DNA of 64,000 nt, taken from positions 256,618,001 through 256,682,000 of the forward strand of contig OZ024742.1 in NCBI GenBank assembly GCA_964016885.1. The letters run 5' to 3'. The stretch is from Eledone cirrhosa (taxonomy: Eukaryota). The notes below the pieces were generated by a model that worked only from the letters and a program-made list of their open reading frames with translations, had not been told where the DNA came from and did no database searches. The position numbers and the translations under genes are program-made. Positions 42,631 through 61,712 of the stretch are shown here, in pieces (the stretch's first letter is position 1; every line of letters begins with the position of its first letter).

Positions 42631-42825
42631 TGAATACACACACACGCACACGCACACACACTCACACATACACACACAAACAGAAAAAACACACACAGAT
42701 ATATATATAGGTTTGTGTTTGTGTGTGTGTGCGTATCTGTCTGCATTAATGTTTGTGCCTGCCAATATATATGTAGCGTAAATTAAAGGTCGGCAGAGAA
42801 ATGAACGATATTATAATTAGCATAC

Positions 42826-42914
42826 TTTGCCTTTCATCCTTACGGGGTCGATAAAATAAAGTACCAGTAATGTACTGGTTCATTGCTGGCCTTGTGCCAA
42901 ATGTAGAAACAATT
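42826..42914 (+). mobile_element. SINE family A, 5' truncated
   Basis: Core and tail. AATTAGCATACTT appears on both sides (TSD-like). Confidence 0.85.
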
Positions 42915-43585
42915 AGAATTAGCATACTTAAAAAATAAATAAAGTGGTAGATAAATCAAGGCGGTGCCCAAGCATGGCCTCAGTCAAATGAGTGAACTAG
43001 TAAAATCAAGTAAGAATATTAGGATACATGGACACATTATCCATTCAGTAAACATATATGAACAATGCTATGCACTAGCTTTCAAGGTAATAATTTAACT
43101 AGAATCATGTAGAAACTATAAATCTGTCAATTTAACGTATTTTATATTTATCATTCGTAAAATTTCCAAGGTTATTTCCATGTTATCAGAATAAATATTA
43201 TTGTTTCTATTATTATGATTTAAAATACTATTAATATGATGTAGATGTGTCAAATATATTAGAAAGTTCAAATAACAAACAGGCATTAAACACTATACAT
43301 AACGGGTTTAAATAATAGAGACACATAGTATACTGACTTCGTTTAGATTTCTTTTATAGTAATGTAGGGAAGAAAAGAAAGGATCACTCCCAACTATTAA
43401 TGGCATACTATGGCGCCATCTGACATATGTCATGCCTAAGGTAATATAATCAGGCAGAACTCAACGATCTCCAGATCTTACAAAGAAAGATACACTGCAA
43501 GTCAGAGAGGGCTGCTGGGGAAGAAAGTTAGAAAAAGATTTAGAGATAAAGCAAGAGAGAGAGAGAGAATGAGAGAGAGAGAGAG

Positions 43586-43649
<64 letters not shown>

Positions 43650-44057
43650 AGAGGGAGGGAGAGAGAGAGTGAGCGAATGAGAGAGAGAGACAGTGTGAGG
43701 GCGAGAGAGAGCATGGGATAGAGAGTGACTGAACAGCATCTACCTCACCACTTGTTTGAAGGTAAATTCATCGACGACAATAGAATGAAATGTCAGGTTA
43801 AATTCAATGGGATTAGTAGTTATGTTCAGCCGGAACAAATATCAACATATTTAGCCCAGGGCGTTAAATAATATGGTAATTCGCCGTCTTTATATATAGA
43901 TAGACATACCATAAATTATTTTGTAGGAAGATTACTTAATATTATTTTTTCTGCCATTCATTGCATAAGGAACAATAAAAATGTTATTTATTGGATTCAT
44001 CTGCTGACAATCAGCGCCCTTTTTATTCTGTTATATGTTTATGACCATCTTTATGAA

Positions 44058-44146
<89 letters not shown>

Positions 44147-44149
<3 letters not shown>

Positions 44150-44317
44150 AAAATGTTTAACCCCGACGGCAGAGATCAAACCATTTCGACTCCAGAAATA
44201 GCCGTCGAAACAGATTGAGCACTGCCGTCGGGGTTAAACATTTCCCTATTAATCACTCTACTACTTGAGTACTCTGGTGCGTCATGTTCCATGTGGTTCC
44301 TTACCACACCTCCTTCG

Positions 44318-44318
<1 letters not shown>
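44147..44318 (+). mobile_element. Miniature fold-back terminus of the PLE family at 1-1841
   Basis: 44147-44190 is inverted relative to 44204-44248. 44191-44318 aligns with 1705-1841. (TA)n on both sides. Confidence 0.85.
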
Positions 44319-44392
<74 letters not shown>

Positions 44393-44412
44393 TATATATA
44401 TATATATATATA

Positions 44413-44489
<77 letters not shown>

Positions 44490-44502
44490 ATATATATATA
44501 TT

Positions 44503-44537
<35 letters not shown>

Positions 44538-44610
44538 TATTATATATATATATATATTCATATATATATATATATATATATAATATATATATTATATATA
44601 TATATATATT

Positions 44611-44645
<35 letters not shown>

Positions 44646-44668
44646 TATTATATATATATATATATTCT

Positions 44669-44701
<33 letters not shown>

Positions 44702-44726
44702 TATTATATATATATTATATATATAT

Positions 44727-44796
<70 letters not shown>

Positions 44797-44800
44797 TATA

Positions 44801-45645
<845 letters not shown>

Positions 45646-46266
45646 TATATATTATTATATATATATATATATATATATGCATGCATATACATAAAAATAT
45701 ATGCTAAATAAGAGCGGGTCTATTAGTTAAATATTGAATTAACGAGTGAATAGCATGTACGTTGCAGGTTGCACAACAACCGAAAAAGCTAGAAACAAAT
45801 ATTATACCAAAACATGAAGAAAATTAATAAATATAAATTACTTCAATATTTCATTGCATTCAAATATTTCCATGTTTCAATTAGTAATATTGAGCCTATC
45901 ATAGTTATGAGGTGTTATTATAATATGAATTTTGATCGTTCGTTGCCTCATCATGAATTACTATAACGTAAAATAAAATTGGGAAATAGATTATTTGTTG
46001 ATGCATCGGTGAAGAAATAATTGTTATTGTCGCAAATGGATTTACCTAATTACATTCATGGAAAAGACTTGAGAGTGCTGACGTTATATAACAATAATTG
46101 GCATTATGGACACACGTGAAATTGTTTCAAATTGCTAATTTTATCTTCACATTTGAAAAATAAATTAAAATGAATAAGAAATGTTTCATTGATGTTTGAA
46201 AATATAATTAACATGGAAAAAAACATCAGAAAGATTACATGTGCACATATATATATATTCACACAA

Positions 46267-46304
<38 letters not shown>

Positions 46305-46418
46305 ACACATACACAGACACACAGACACAGACACACACATACACACACACATATACATATATATATGTGTGTGTATATATATATGTATATATATAAATAT
46401 ATATATATGTATATATAT

Positions 46419-46478
<60 letters not shown>

Positions 46479-46499
46479 ACATGTATGTATGTATGCATA

Positions 46500-46549
<50 letters not shown>

Positions 46550-47696
46550 TGAAATATTCATTAACATCAATTATTTCTTTTTTATATGTTTATGTGGTAA
46601 ACTCATTCAGATAATTACCCAACACTATTTAGCGAATTACTGCTGTAAATGGGTTCATGTACGTAATTAAAAGGGAGAACACATGTTCGTTGTTTTCTAC
46701 AGAGTTGTGTTCTGAAAATATCTGAGTATAATTGCTTATAAATAATGTTACATGATGAATATCTCCCAAACAGATATAATTCAGATATAGCATGTATATA
46801 TTCGCATTTAATGTTTGATATATTTCGGTATCTGGTTATTTAGTGCTCTTGGCTAGTCCAATATATGAGATTTTGTTGTCCCATACAAAATAATTAAAAC
46901 TTACATTTCGGTAGCATAAACTGTCTTACTCTTCCCATTACAATACAAATGTCTGCATCTTTCTGAGCTGACACTCATCCACGTTAAAGCAGGAATTATT
47001 ATTGCAGCTAATGAGCCTTTACACTGAGTTGGATATTTTAACAACGAGGCACCGCAAATATATTTAACAATTTCTCAGAGACCGCAGTACATTTTTATAC
47101 GTTTAATATTATTATTCCAGTTTGAATAAAACTAGGATTTAAAGCTCAGTAATGCGCATGTGAGTGGCAATAGTTGGCACGAAAGGCCCTGCATATAAAA
47201 CACAAGAGGATTCACTTTCAATGATGTCATTCTGTCCATGTTATTTACTGTTCTTGTAGGTACAACTGATGCGTGTGTATTAACATCGAAAATATGCATA
47301 ATGTCGTGCTGTGTAACATTGTGTAATAATGATGTATATATTACACGGGAATACATGCTCATTTAAAATAGCCGCTGGCAAACATACAGAAATACATACA
47401 TAGATACACCCACATACACACACAGACACACACAAACACACATATATATACATATCTACATATATATTCATGTAGCCATGAATATATATTAGTTCATTCC
47501 CCCTCTCTATAATTTAACTGCTTTACTCTCTCTGTCGCATTTCACTCTCTAATATTATAAAGCTGGGCGTCGTCTCTCTCTCTCTCCCTCTTTCACCCTC
47601 TCTATAATTTAACTGCTTTACTCTCTGTCTCTCTTCACTCTCTATATGACAACACTATTTTACTTTCCGAATCTACCTTCTACATATCAATATATA

Positions 47697-47960
47697 CCCA
47701 TGTTCTGCTGCACGTCGGGCTGAGGAGGCCAAACTCCTCAAATACCAGTCGCTCTCCAACAGGTTTGCGGTCGTACCCTTGGCAGTGGAGACTTCTGATG
47801 TCCTCAGGCCCAGGCCTACATCCTTACTCACCACCATAGGCGCTGAGCTGGCCAGCCGCAGGTGTGACCTTCGCGAGTTGGAGTAGTTTTTCCAGCGCGT
47901 CTCCCTTGCCGACCTCCGGGGAAACGCCTTCTCCATTCTGTCCACCGGGGATGTGGGTGG
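47697..47960 (+). mobile_element. CRE-like non-LTR retrotransposon C-terminal fragment
   Basis: AARRAEEAKLLKYQSL..FAVVPLAVETS..RE..FFQRVSLADLRGNAFSILST. Confidence 0.7.
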
Positions 47961-48371
47961 GCCCCATCGCGTAGTTGTTGTATACAGATATTAACTCATC
48001 AATCCCATTATTTATATTATATATCAACATAGAGATGAGCGTCGTATGTATGTTTATTCAAAAGGATAACCTCCTGGAAATTCGGTTAACACACAAGCAG
48101 GTAATACATACATCAAAAGGCAACCCTCTTAGAGGGACAGAGAATGAAAGAGACAGATTAGGAAAACTACACACACATACACATCTAAAGAGAGAGAGGA
48201 GATAGAGAGAGACAGGAAAAGAGAAACAGAGGGACGGCGAAGCAGGTAATACATACATCTAAAATCATTTGGCTACAAATATAATAATATAATGGGTGCA
48301 GAACGAAAATACAGACAAACAAATATAATAGTGTATGTATCCCACACAATTTTTCTGTCGTCGCTCGCATA

Positions 48372-48491
<120 letters not shown>

Positions 48492-48946
48492 ACACCACAC
48501 ACACATACATACACATATATACACAGCCACACACACGCTTACACACACACACAAATACACATACTTTCACACCTGATATCGCCAATTGCCGGATAACATC
48601 AAAACGAAACACACAGACACACACATGCACATACACACATACATAAACACACATACACATACACAAACACACACATATCTATACTTTATATGTATGTATG
48701 TATGTATGCATGTATGTATGTAAGATCATTCCCCCTCTCTATAATGTAACTGCTTTACTCTCTCAGTCACTCTTCACTCTATATATAATAACACTGTTTT
48801 AGTTTCCGTATCTCCCTTCAATGTATACATATATATATATATATAGAGAGAGAGAGAGGGAGAGAAAGAGAGAGAGAGAGTCGGAAGGACAATGTGACAC
48901 GGCGGGAGTGTGTGTGTATATTTGCAGTGGAGTGGTGGGGGCAGGT

Positions 48947-48977
<31 letters not shown>

Positions 48978-49057
48978 TATGTATGTATATATATATATAT
49001 ATAATTCAAGAAAGAAGAGTAACATGGTTCGCTATACAATAAGGACTTTATTCACAT

Positions 49058-49166
49058 TGCTGACAATTGTTTCTTTGATTTGGTAGGTTTAGCGTTCGCT
49101 ACCCGCCTGATTTTGCGTCAATCGACTCCAATACTTTGTTTATGACCAGTCGTTTTCATCAGTGCA
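49058..49166 (-). ncRNA. Minimal HHR with long stem II insertion
   Basis: Minus strand: TGCA-CTGATGA..GAAA-CAATTG-TC-AGCA. Confidence 0.6.
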
Positions 49167-50908
49167 CGCGAAGTGAGGAATATACACAAGGCATGGCTTT
49201 CATATAGGAGTGGTATTAAATCAGAACAGTAATATCAATAATAACATAAAATAACTAGATAATAAATAGTTAAAATAATAACATCAATATAAGTAAGAAA
49301 TAGAGTATAATGATAAATCTTGCATGTTAAACGAACTGATATAATACAGACGTGTGACATTGACATGTGAAAACTGCGAGAGGGTACATTAGATATAGTG
49401 TTAAGTTGGCGAAGAGATAACAGTAACAACTAAAATGTACTTGGAGTCAGGATTTATGAGGTATCTGCTTTGCTGTTGGTTATTGTTTGACAGATAAACA
49501 TTTTCGTCGTATTAATTGAGTGAGAATGATAGTTTTTATGTGGTGTTAAGTGGAGTTGTAGATTCGTTATTTAAGTGGCCTATACTAAAGGTTGGGATTG
49601 TTAGTTCGAATCATGGGGGTTTAGTTTTCACAGCATCAATAACAAATTGTGGCTAAATAAGACAATAATAACAACAATAATAGAGACAATAAAGGTAATA
49701 AAATAGTAAAATATGGATGGTAGATATAGAGAACATGAGGAATAATATTAGGGATACATTGAGATGTTCATAATAATAATAAGAGGAAAGTAAGATATCA
49801 AGGAGTGTAGGAGAAATAAGATAATGTACTTAGAATTAAGTTCATCTGTTGGAGAATGAGTGCTAATGTGAGATATAATTGTTTGGTCCGAAGGAGTGAA
49901 CAACAGTAAAGATGGGATTGATTTATAGGCTAAGATAGTTGTAGACATTACTGCCACATCCCAGTGGTATAGAATTAGGGAGGCTAGAAGGTGTTTATGT
50001 TGGTTCGATTCACGTTGGTTTAAATCTCGCGGATTTTGTAGCAATCCTATGTCTGCAGAAAATTGACCTTTCTATTTTGATGTTGAGTAGCATTATATCG
50101 TTCCTTAAGATATGCAGCAATTCAAGGTTGCAGCGCCCACGGTGGGACATACCGCTGCTATAGGCCTTTACAGCCGCCAATTTGGACCAGCTAATATTGT
50201 AATCAAGGCTGTTGTCCTTAAGTTGCCAGATTTTATTGGCGAGGGTTGTAGAACTTAGCAGAGCACGGTTCTTCATTGAGTGTCTGTGCACATACCATCT
50301 TTTTTAAAAACACCCGCGGTGGATCCAATGTAGTGCCAAGTAGAGTTGCTCGAGTTTACAGTACACATGTACACTAGGCTCGAATCAAGGCACCTATTTG
50401 CTAATGGGCACTTATGGGCACTAACTAAAACCCCATGATTGGAACTAACAATCCCTATATTTAGTACAGGCCACTTAAATAACGAATCTACAACTCCACT
50501 TAACACCACATACAAACTATCATTCTCACTAAATTAATACAACGAAAATATTTATCTGTCAAACAATAAGTAAATCTCCGGTTTATTGCCAGCATACCGA
50601 CAGCAAAGCAGATACCTCATAAATCCTGACTCCAAGTACATTTTAGTTGTTCTTGTTATCTCTCCGCCACCATAACACTATATCTAATGTACCCTATAGC
50701 AATTTTCACATGTCAATTTCATACATCTGTATTATATCAGTTCGTTTAACATGCTAGATTCAACATTATGTTCTATTTCTTACTTATATTGATGTTATTA
50801 TTTTACTATTTACTATCTAGGTATTTTATGTTATTATTGATATTATTGTTCTGGTTTAATACCACTCCTATATAAAGGCCATGCCTTGTGTATATCCTTC
50901 ACTTCGCG

Positions 50909-51018
50909 TGCTCTGATGAAAACGACTGGTTATAAACAAAGTATTGGGGATCGATTGACGGAAAATCAGGCGGGTAGCGAATTCTAGACCTACCAGATGG
51001 AAGAAACAATAGTCAGCA
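50909..51018 (+). ncRNA. Minimal HHR with long stem II insertion
   Basis: TGCT-CTGATGA..CTGGT/ACCAG..GAAA-CAATAG-TC-AGCA. Confidence 0.65.
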
Positions 51019-51255
51019 ATGTGAATAAAGCCCTTATTGTATAGCGAACAATGTCACTCTTCTTTCTTGAATTATTATTACTCCAAGTAGAAACTACATA
51101 AATATCAGCGCGAACTCACAGCATCACTATGGTAACGTCTTGTTTAATCAAACTCAGCCACACGTTAATACTATCGACTACACGGAGCACTCTAACTGGA
51201 TTACATCTAAGTGGACTGCATATAACGATAACCTGTTATCCAGTATATACACATT

Positions 51256-51353
<98 letters not shown>

Positions 51354-51470
51354 TGTGTGTGTGTAATACTTATATATCCAAAATTGTTGACTATTGCTTT
51401 TTCTCATATTTTCCCGTTCTTCCACTTCTCACTCTTTATCCTTCTATTTCACAGTATATTTCTAATTCTA

Positions 51471-51506
51471 TCTTCTGACCAAGGACTAGTGTCCGAAACG
51501 TTAAAA
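51471..51506 (+). ncRNA. Degenerate minimal HHR (G8>C) in a probable PLE terminal fragment
   Basis: CTGACCA-A-GGAC-tagt-GTCC-GAAACGTT. Confidence 0.5.
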
Positions 51507-52153
51507 TTATGTTATTAGTAATGCTAATATTGCTGTTATTTCAAGTTTAACTAATATTCGTCTTCAACGCCCTTTCTTATTTGATTTGTTTTTTCTGTTT
51601 GATTTGTACATATATAAGTACACACACACACACACACACACAGACAGAGGCCGATCAGTCACTGTATAATTTAGAAAATATATATTTTCCCTAGCTCTGA
51701 CAGTTGGCACGTGAACAGTGAACTGCACTGATGAAGTGTAATACCTAGAAACATTAATGTTTGCAGTTCTGTTTACATGCCAGCACACGTGCATGAATGA
51801 GGGGCCCATTCTACTGACATGGCTTTAAAAAGGAGGCTGTTTGCATAATTGCAAATGCATCGAATATTATTATTAATATTCGAAGCACTCAGATTACATT
51901 TATTGTATTCAGTCATGTAGAGCGACATTTTTTTTCTTTTAATATAAATAAACATATCTATACATAAATATATATATAGAAAAAAATGAAATTTCATTTC
52001 CACTCTTAATACGGCTGATACTTAAATATAAGTATGTATACGTACATACATATATGTATACAGACGTACAGTAGTATGTATATACATACATACATGCACA
52101 CATATATATATTATAATGCTCGGTTTGTTTATATAAATATATATATACAAATA

Positions 52154-52241
<88 letters not shown>

Positions 52242-52652
52242 GAGAGAGCGAGAGAGAGAGAGAGAGTGAGAGAGAGAGAAATAGAGAGAGAGAGAGACTA
52301 GTTGAAAGTTGAATATCGTGAGAGATAATATAAGTTAAATTATCACAAGGGCTAACATTACATTCTGTATTATGTCTAGATAGTCCTTACGAAGAAGACC
52401 ACCAAAACATTGGTAGCGCTCATGGCAAATACACAGATATTGATTTATAAAAACAAATACTTTTACCTGTCTCTGTCAAGTGGCATACATTTTTCGCTAT
52501 ATATGATACTATCTTCATACTTTATGCGAATACATACCATAAATAGATACATATATATAAAAATTATATCTACATCTATATCTATCTATCTATCTATATA
52601 TCTACAAACACACGCACACACACAAACACACGCACACACACACACATATATA

Positions 52653-52748
<96 letters not shown>

Positions 52749-53421
52749 GACGTACGTCTGTGTGTTAGTGTAGATACGTATCTACATTTACATACACGTA
52801 TAAATATGTATAGGATATAAGAGAGAAATGGGGAAGTGAGATATAAATATTATTTACTGCCATTTAGATTAAAGGTTTATGAAAACCGACTAATGTAATC
52901 AGACGAAAATCAAAAGTGAATAGACGTAGACAAGATACGTAGACGTTTCATCTATTATGATGCTTCATCAATGAGTAAATATCTGCGCTGTTTTTATCCC
53001 AATAGTTCATTACACCAAATTTACAATACACAGGATATTTTATTACATCAAATTGGAATAACACTGAACATACATATAAACGATAGGACTTGTATATCCT
53101 TATATTAGAACGGTGTGTGTTCTAGTTGTTTGTAAAGATCATCATAATGTGCCTGACATAAAGCATTCCGCGAACATGTATACACTTTACGCAGATATCC
53201 GTTACATTCAGCGTCCGGGATGAGTGGGGTAGAACACCATGTAAGGAGACAATTCATAGACATAAAATGAACTAATGAGCGTAATGATCGTGAAATAAAT
53301 GTATTAATCCACCATGTACACATATGTTCACTCATTCACACGTAGGAACGCAGCTACACACATAAACACGCGCATATACATACATACACATACACAACTC
53401 ATGTAAATATATATTAGGAAT

Positions 53422-54680
53422 ATGACGTCACTTTCAGCTTATATCTGGAGTCTAAAAGACAACCACACCCAATATAAGTTACGCTGGGAGATCCTAGCTA
53501 GATCGTATAACGGAAATAAAAGACCATGTGACCTATGCGCTGCTGAGGCCCTGGAAATACTCTACGCCACAGACAACATCTTAAACAAAAAATCTGAGGA
53601 AATTTCGGCTTGTAAACATAAATTGCACAAAACTTTCCTGTAATACAGCCCCGCGTATTACAGGAAAGTTTTATAACGGATAGCACGCTTTATACATGGA
53701 TATTTTACGTCTTGATGTGGGAGCTAAGTATATGTTTTGTTTATTCCTTTACTTATTTGCATAGGTAAGTATATATTACCCGTATGTTTTGTGAAGGTGT
53801 GTATACCTTCTCGTACGTATATTTGATTGTTTATATTATGGCGTATAATGTTATATATTCTGGTACATATGTTTTGGCTATGTGTTTACGGGAGTTCTGC
53901 GTCTGTGTGAGTATGCAGGTTCGTACGTATGTAGGGTGTGTGTATATGCGTATATGATGTTTTGGTTGACTTACGTCTCCGAACATTCGTGTATTTACAT
54001 GTAGGTATGTGTGTGCGCTTGTTATGTACGTAATTATTTATTTATATACGTTTATATAATTATTTATTTATTTGTATACACGCATACACACACACACATA
54101 TTTATATGTCCGTGGTTTTGTATACCGATGGTAAGTGTTCTGCGTATGCTTGTGTATGTACGTATTTGTTTGCGTGTATGTATTTATTTATTTCTATTAC
54201 TTCTGTATTGTATTTATTTACTTTGTTCTTAACTCTGTAGCGGAGATTCATTCGGTCTCCTAGTTAGAATTTTAGTCTACGACTTCTGCTATACCATTTA
54301 CGTGGTTTTGTCTTTGTCTTCTCCACGCTCCACATATGACGTATTATCTTCGTTTTTTTCGTTCATTGCCAGAGAACGTCTCTATGAACCACCTAAGAGA
54401 ACATTAGTCTACGACCTCTTTTATACCATAAGCGTGGTTCTGTCTTTGCGCGTAATTGTTTTTCATCGCTCCTATTAATGACGTATTATATTCGTTTTTT
54501 CCCGTTCTTAGCCAGCGAACGTTTCCACGAACCAAAGTATCGTCTTCCTGTCTTCCTCCGGTTGCAACGTTTTTTTGAAATATCCACTTCTGCGTTTACA
54601 GATTGACTTTGTTAGTTTCAGAAGATACCGTTAAGGGTTAAAGCAGCGATTCTTTGCTTAAACTTTAATCTGTTATTTTA

Positions 54681-54684
<4 letters not shown>
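53422..54684 (+). mobile_element. PLE 3' fragment (end of endonuclease + 3' UTR)
   Basis: TSLSAYIWSLKD..LRWEIL..CDLCAAE..ILNKKSE..CKH. About 130-bp tandem duplication (54272-54390 / 54404-54533). Ends at (TA)n. Confidence 0.8.
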
Positions 54685-54750
<66 letters not shown>

Positions 54751-54753
<3 letters not shown>

Positions 54754-55172
54754 TAAAAGTTTAACAAGGTTCATTGAATTAATCAATGAATAACATTTTA
54801 CTTTAAATTAGAAGCACTCAGCAGCGAGGTTTTCTGGAGTTATTAATATTACTTCAAAATATTAATAAATATAGACATTCATGTGATCAAATATATTTTA
54901 TTATACATATTTCAGAGTTACTGAGCTATTTCATCAGTACGTCCTCATCAGATAAAATAAATTGGTGTCTGACATACCTCGACTGTGCTGATGGTTCAAT
55001 CGACTGCCAAGACTGGATTTGAACCATCAGCATAGTCGAAGTATGTCAGACATCAATTTATTTTATCTGATGAGGACGTACTGATGAAATGGCTCAGTAC
55101 CTCTGAAATATGTATAATAAAATATATTTGATCACATGAATGTCTATATTTGTTAATGTTTTGAAGTAATAT
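54751..55172. mobile_element. Fold-back non-autonomous PLE-type element, tail on the left
   Basis: Arms about 54846-54998 and 55020-55172 are inverted. HHR in each arm, (TA)n on both sides. Confidence 0.85.
55061..55122 (+). ncRNA. Minimal type I HHR (mirror copy at 54896-54957, minus strand)
   Basis: TTTTAT-CTGATGA-..GTACTGA/TCAGTAC..-GAAA-TATGTA-TA-ATAAAA. Confidence 0.75.
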
Positions 55173-55468
55173 ATATTTATATATATATATATATGCAACC
55201 CCGTTCTTCCCTCAACTCTTACTTTCACCTACACACACACACCACCTTCAGCCCTCCCCGCTCGGACACCGCGCCTCCCTCTCCCCATTCCACCCGCCAC
55301 CACCACTACACGCCCCACATCCTTCCTCCACTTGTTTTACTTCATGCTTATTTTTATTATGCTTTTATATTTAATTTCATTTGTACTGTTTCCTTTCACC
55401 CTCTTTTGTCTATATGTCTCTCCACCACTCCCCTACACACTGTTGGAACTCTCTTCCCACACACTTTT

Positions 55469-55501
55469 CGCCTGAAGAAGGGCTTATGCCTGAAACGTCG
55501 T
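55469..55501 (+). ncRNA. Minimal PLE-type HHR core in a probable terminal fragment (55194-55590)
   Basis: CTGAAGA-A-GGGC-ttat-GCCT-GAAACGTC, stem I weak. Confidence 0.55.
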
Positions 55502-55902
55502 TCCCCACCGCCACCCCACTCTCAAGAGCGTGAAACTAATAAACCTTTGTTCGTACTGCCTCTCTGTTTCGTTCCCGTTCAATGTGTTACTATATATATA
55601 TATATATATATATATATGTAGGTATATATATATATGTATGTATGTATGTATATATGTATATAAATAAATATATATGTATATATATATATATATATGTATG
55701 TATATGTATATAGTCAAATAGATACATGGAAAATTAGCTTTTAAGTCATATTTAATTCCTTACACATGTTTCGAGACATTTTATACATCGATTTATTTGG
55801 AAAATGTTACGGAAAATTGGTATAATCAAGATCTATATATGCAAAATGACATACATGTATAATTAGTATACATATATATGTATATATATACTTGTGACTG
55901 TT

Positions 55903-55953
<51 letters not shown>

Positions 55954-56179
55954 TTGTGTGCGTATATCTTTTAATTAGAATTATAAGATTTCACCGTAAA
56001 TTGATTGTAGGGATTAGTCTAGAAGTAGAAGATATGAACAACCATTTTCGAAAAAAATCGTGCATTATAGCGTGCCTCGGAATTTAACCCGCACTTCTTG
56101 ATTTTCCAATATTTATGCTAGACCAAACACCCTTAAATACTGTTCACGAAAATAAAATATGTTTATATGCCCTAATTGT

Positions 56180-57050
56180 CTATATCTTCGTCTCGGCTTT
56201 TCCAGTAAAACCTGTCCTGTGATTCATTCCTGAGACCACAATTCTGTAGTATTGGACATATAATCTCTCAATTCATAGACTCCGATATACGAGCTGTGTA
56301 TAATATCGAGTAACCTGTATCCAAAGACATCTCTGAGATACACCCTGTCGGCCGCTTTTATGCATGATGGTATGCTTTCCGTCATTACGCAAGATTCATG
56401 ACCATAGGTAAGGGTTAGCATAATCATAAATAATACCGCACAGAATATAATGGGTTTGGCTTTTACACCTACCTGATTTTTTCTAATGACTCAAAGTTGA
56501 AGTTGGCGCATTACTGCACTAACTGTTGTAAATGTCGCCTCTGCCATTCATCACTCAGGAATATGGCTCTCGAGATATTTCTCCACGAATTTCATTGTAA
56601 CTCCATTCATATAAAAGGTGTACGCCTCAGGCTTTCTTGGGAAGACAAATGCCTCAGTTTTTGCATCCCCGATTTTCAGTCTTGCAATGCAACACTCTGT
56701 CAAGTGCCAATCTTTCAAGTAACTGTCAAAAATCAACTATCAATAAGTTAAATAGTTCCATGTCGTCTGCAAATGCCAGCCTTCTGATCCAAAATTCGCA
56801 TTCTGTTACCACGTCTAACCTGACTTCACATATCAATCCGGTCCGTGAAGCCTATGAACAGGAGAGCTGACTGTGCGCACCATAGGCAGAATTGAATACC
56901 TACTTAGAATGACTTTGTTATAACAATATTTATACGAACAAATATTCTAGGATTTCTTTAGAACGTAGACGTATGTGTTTCATAACAATAGGCAATGTCC
57001 CATGATTTCTCAAAGAGCTGCTGCAGTGTGACTATACCGTGGCAGTGCTA
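56180..57050 (-). mobile_element. Decayed RTE-clade LINE related to 29620-30790
   Basis: LTLTYGHESCVMTE..IKAAD, LKIGDAKTEA, RLAFADD remnants. Confidence 0.7.
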
Positions 57051-57563
57051 ATTACGCAGCGACATCCACAATTCTCATTTATTATCTTAGACTCGACAAT
57101 ATCCCTAAATTTCTTTGTTAGACACATATAATAGATGTAACCGGGAAGGTTTAATCAGGGTCAAATAGCAGGTTAAAGATTCCATCCCAGCTAAAAAGAA
57201 GGTTTATAAATGTATGTATATATGTACGCATACATGTAAACACAAACAATCCTGCGTACATACGCGCACTCACACAAACACACACACACACACACACATA
57301 CACACACACATATAATCTAGTCTGTATGTCTATTTATTTACAGTCGTTAGCAGGTGAGTATTAATTGTGTACGAGACTGTATGCGTACGTATGGATACGT
57401 ACGTGTGTGTATAGGTACGCTTACGTAGGTGTAATACAGACAAAAAATTATAATTGGAAGGATATATGAAAGAAGACAATTCTTTCTTCCCGAAGATATT
57501 CGATGATCGAATCATGAATCTGTGTCTCTTTAAACCTCCATCTCTATATCTTTGTCACTCTCA

Positions 57564-59170
<1,607 letters not shown>

Positions 59171-59711
59171 TTATTCATATATCATCTAAAAAGCAAAAAT
59201 ATATAAGTATATTCATTAAGTAAAATTGCTTTTCTATTTTCTATTCTAGTATAAAACTCTCTTTGCGGAAGAAAACATAAAAAATGCAATGAAAAGAAAA
59301 AGAAAATGACTACAATTTAATTAGTTTTGCCTATCGATATTTTCCAATTGTTCATCCGATTATAGTTTTCCCTGATTGCAATCTAATTGTCTTCAATTGT
59401 GCTACAGTTTAATTACCTACAATTCTTCTCAGAATGAATTGAAATGGCGAATTTCGACTGCAGTATTATTCCTACTTCGACGTAGTAATTTATAATATCG
59501 CGTGCTTACTTCATCCCGATTGCCATGTGGTAGTATATAGTTCTTGAAATCCCCCTCTCTCCCTCTCTTTCTGTCTCTCTTTTCTCCCGTTCTCAGTCTT
59601 CCAAACACTTGCCAACCAGTCACAACTTTTCTCTCTTCTTCAGTACTTCTAATCACATCTCATTACACACACACACGCGCGCACATAAACACACAGACAC
59701 GCACACCTCAC

Positions 59712-61490
<1,779 letters not shown>

Positions 61491-61516
61491 ATATATATAT
61501 ACATATATATATATAC

Positions 61517-61677
<161 letters not shown>

Positions 61678-61680
61678 CAT

Positions 61681-61712
<32 letters not shown>

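Larger units (their letters stand above)
49003..51243. mobile_element. PLE insertion: inverted copy (EN fragment + 3' UTR, minus strand) joined to a plus-strand pseudo-LTR with tail
   Basis: 49003-49625 is the reverse complement of about 50424-51073. Minus strand 50415-50010 reads CPLANRC..LVYMC..WHYIGST..W..CNLE..LLN..ERSIFCRH. Confidence 0.9.

Noticed and set aside
52940-52973. Minus-strand TTGATGA..GAAACGTC minimal HHR
   Set aside because: Stem I is essentially absent and the stem II register is ambiguous. Possibly a relic, but not supportable.
54628-54684. Pistol or twister ribozyme at the PLE terminus
   Set aside because: Only a simple hairpin could be paired. The pseudoknots and conserved cores are absent.
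54846-55172. ADAR-editing footprint in arm mismatches (most give G.U pairs on the plus strand)
   Set aside because: The outgroup copy at 1930 suggests a mix of C>T and A>G changes, the 61-kb palindrome shows the opposite polarity, and there are too few sites.
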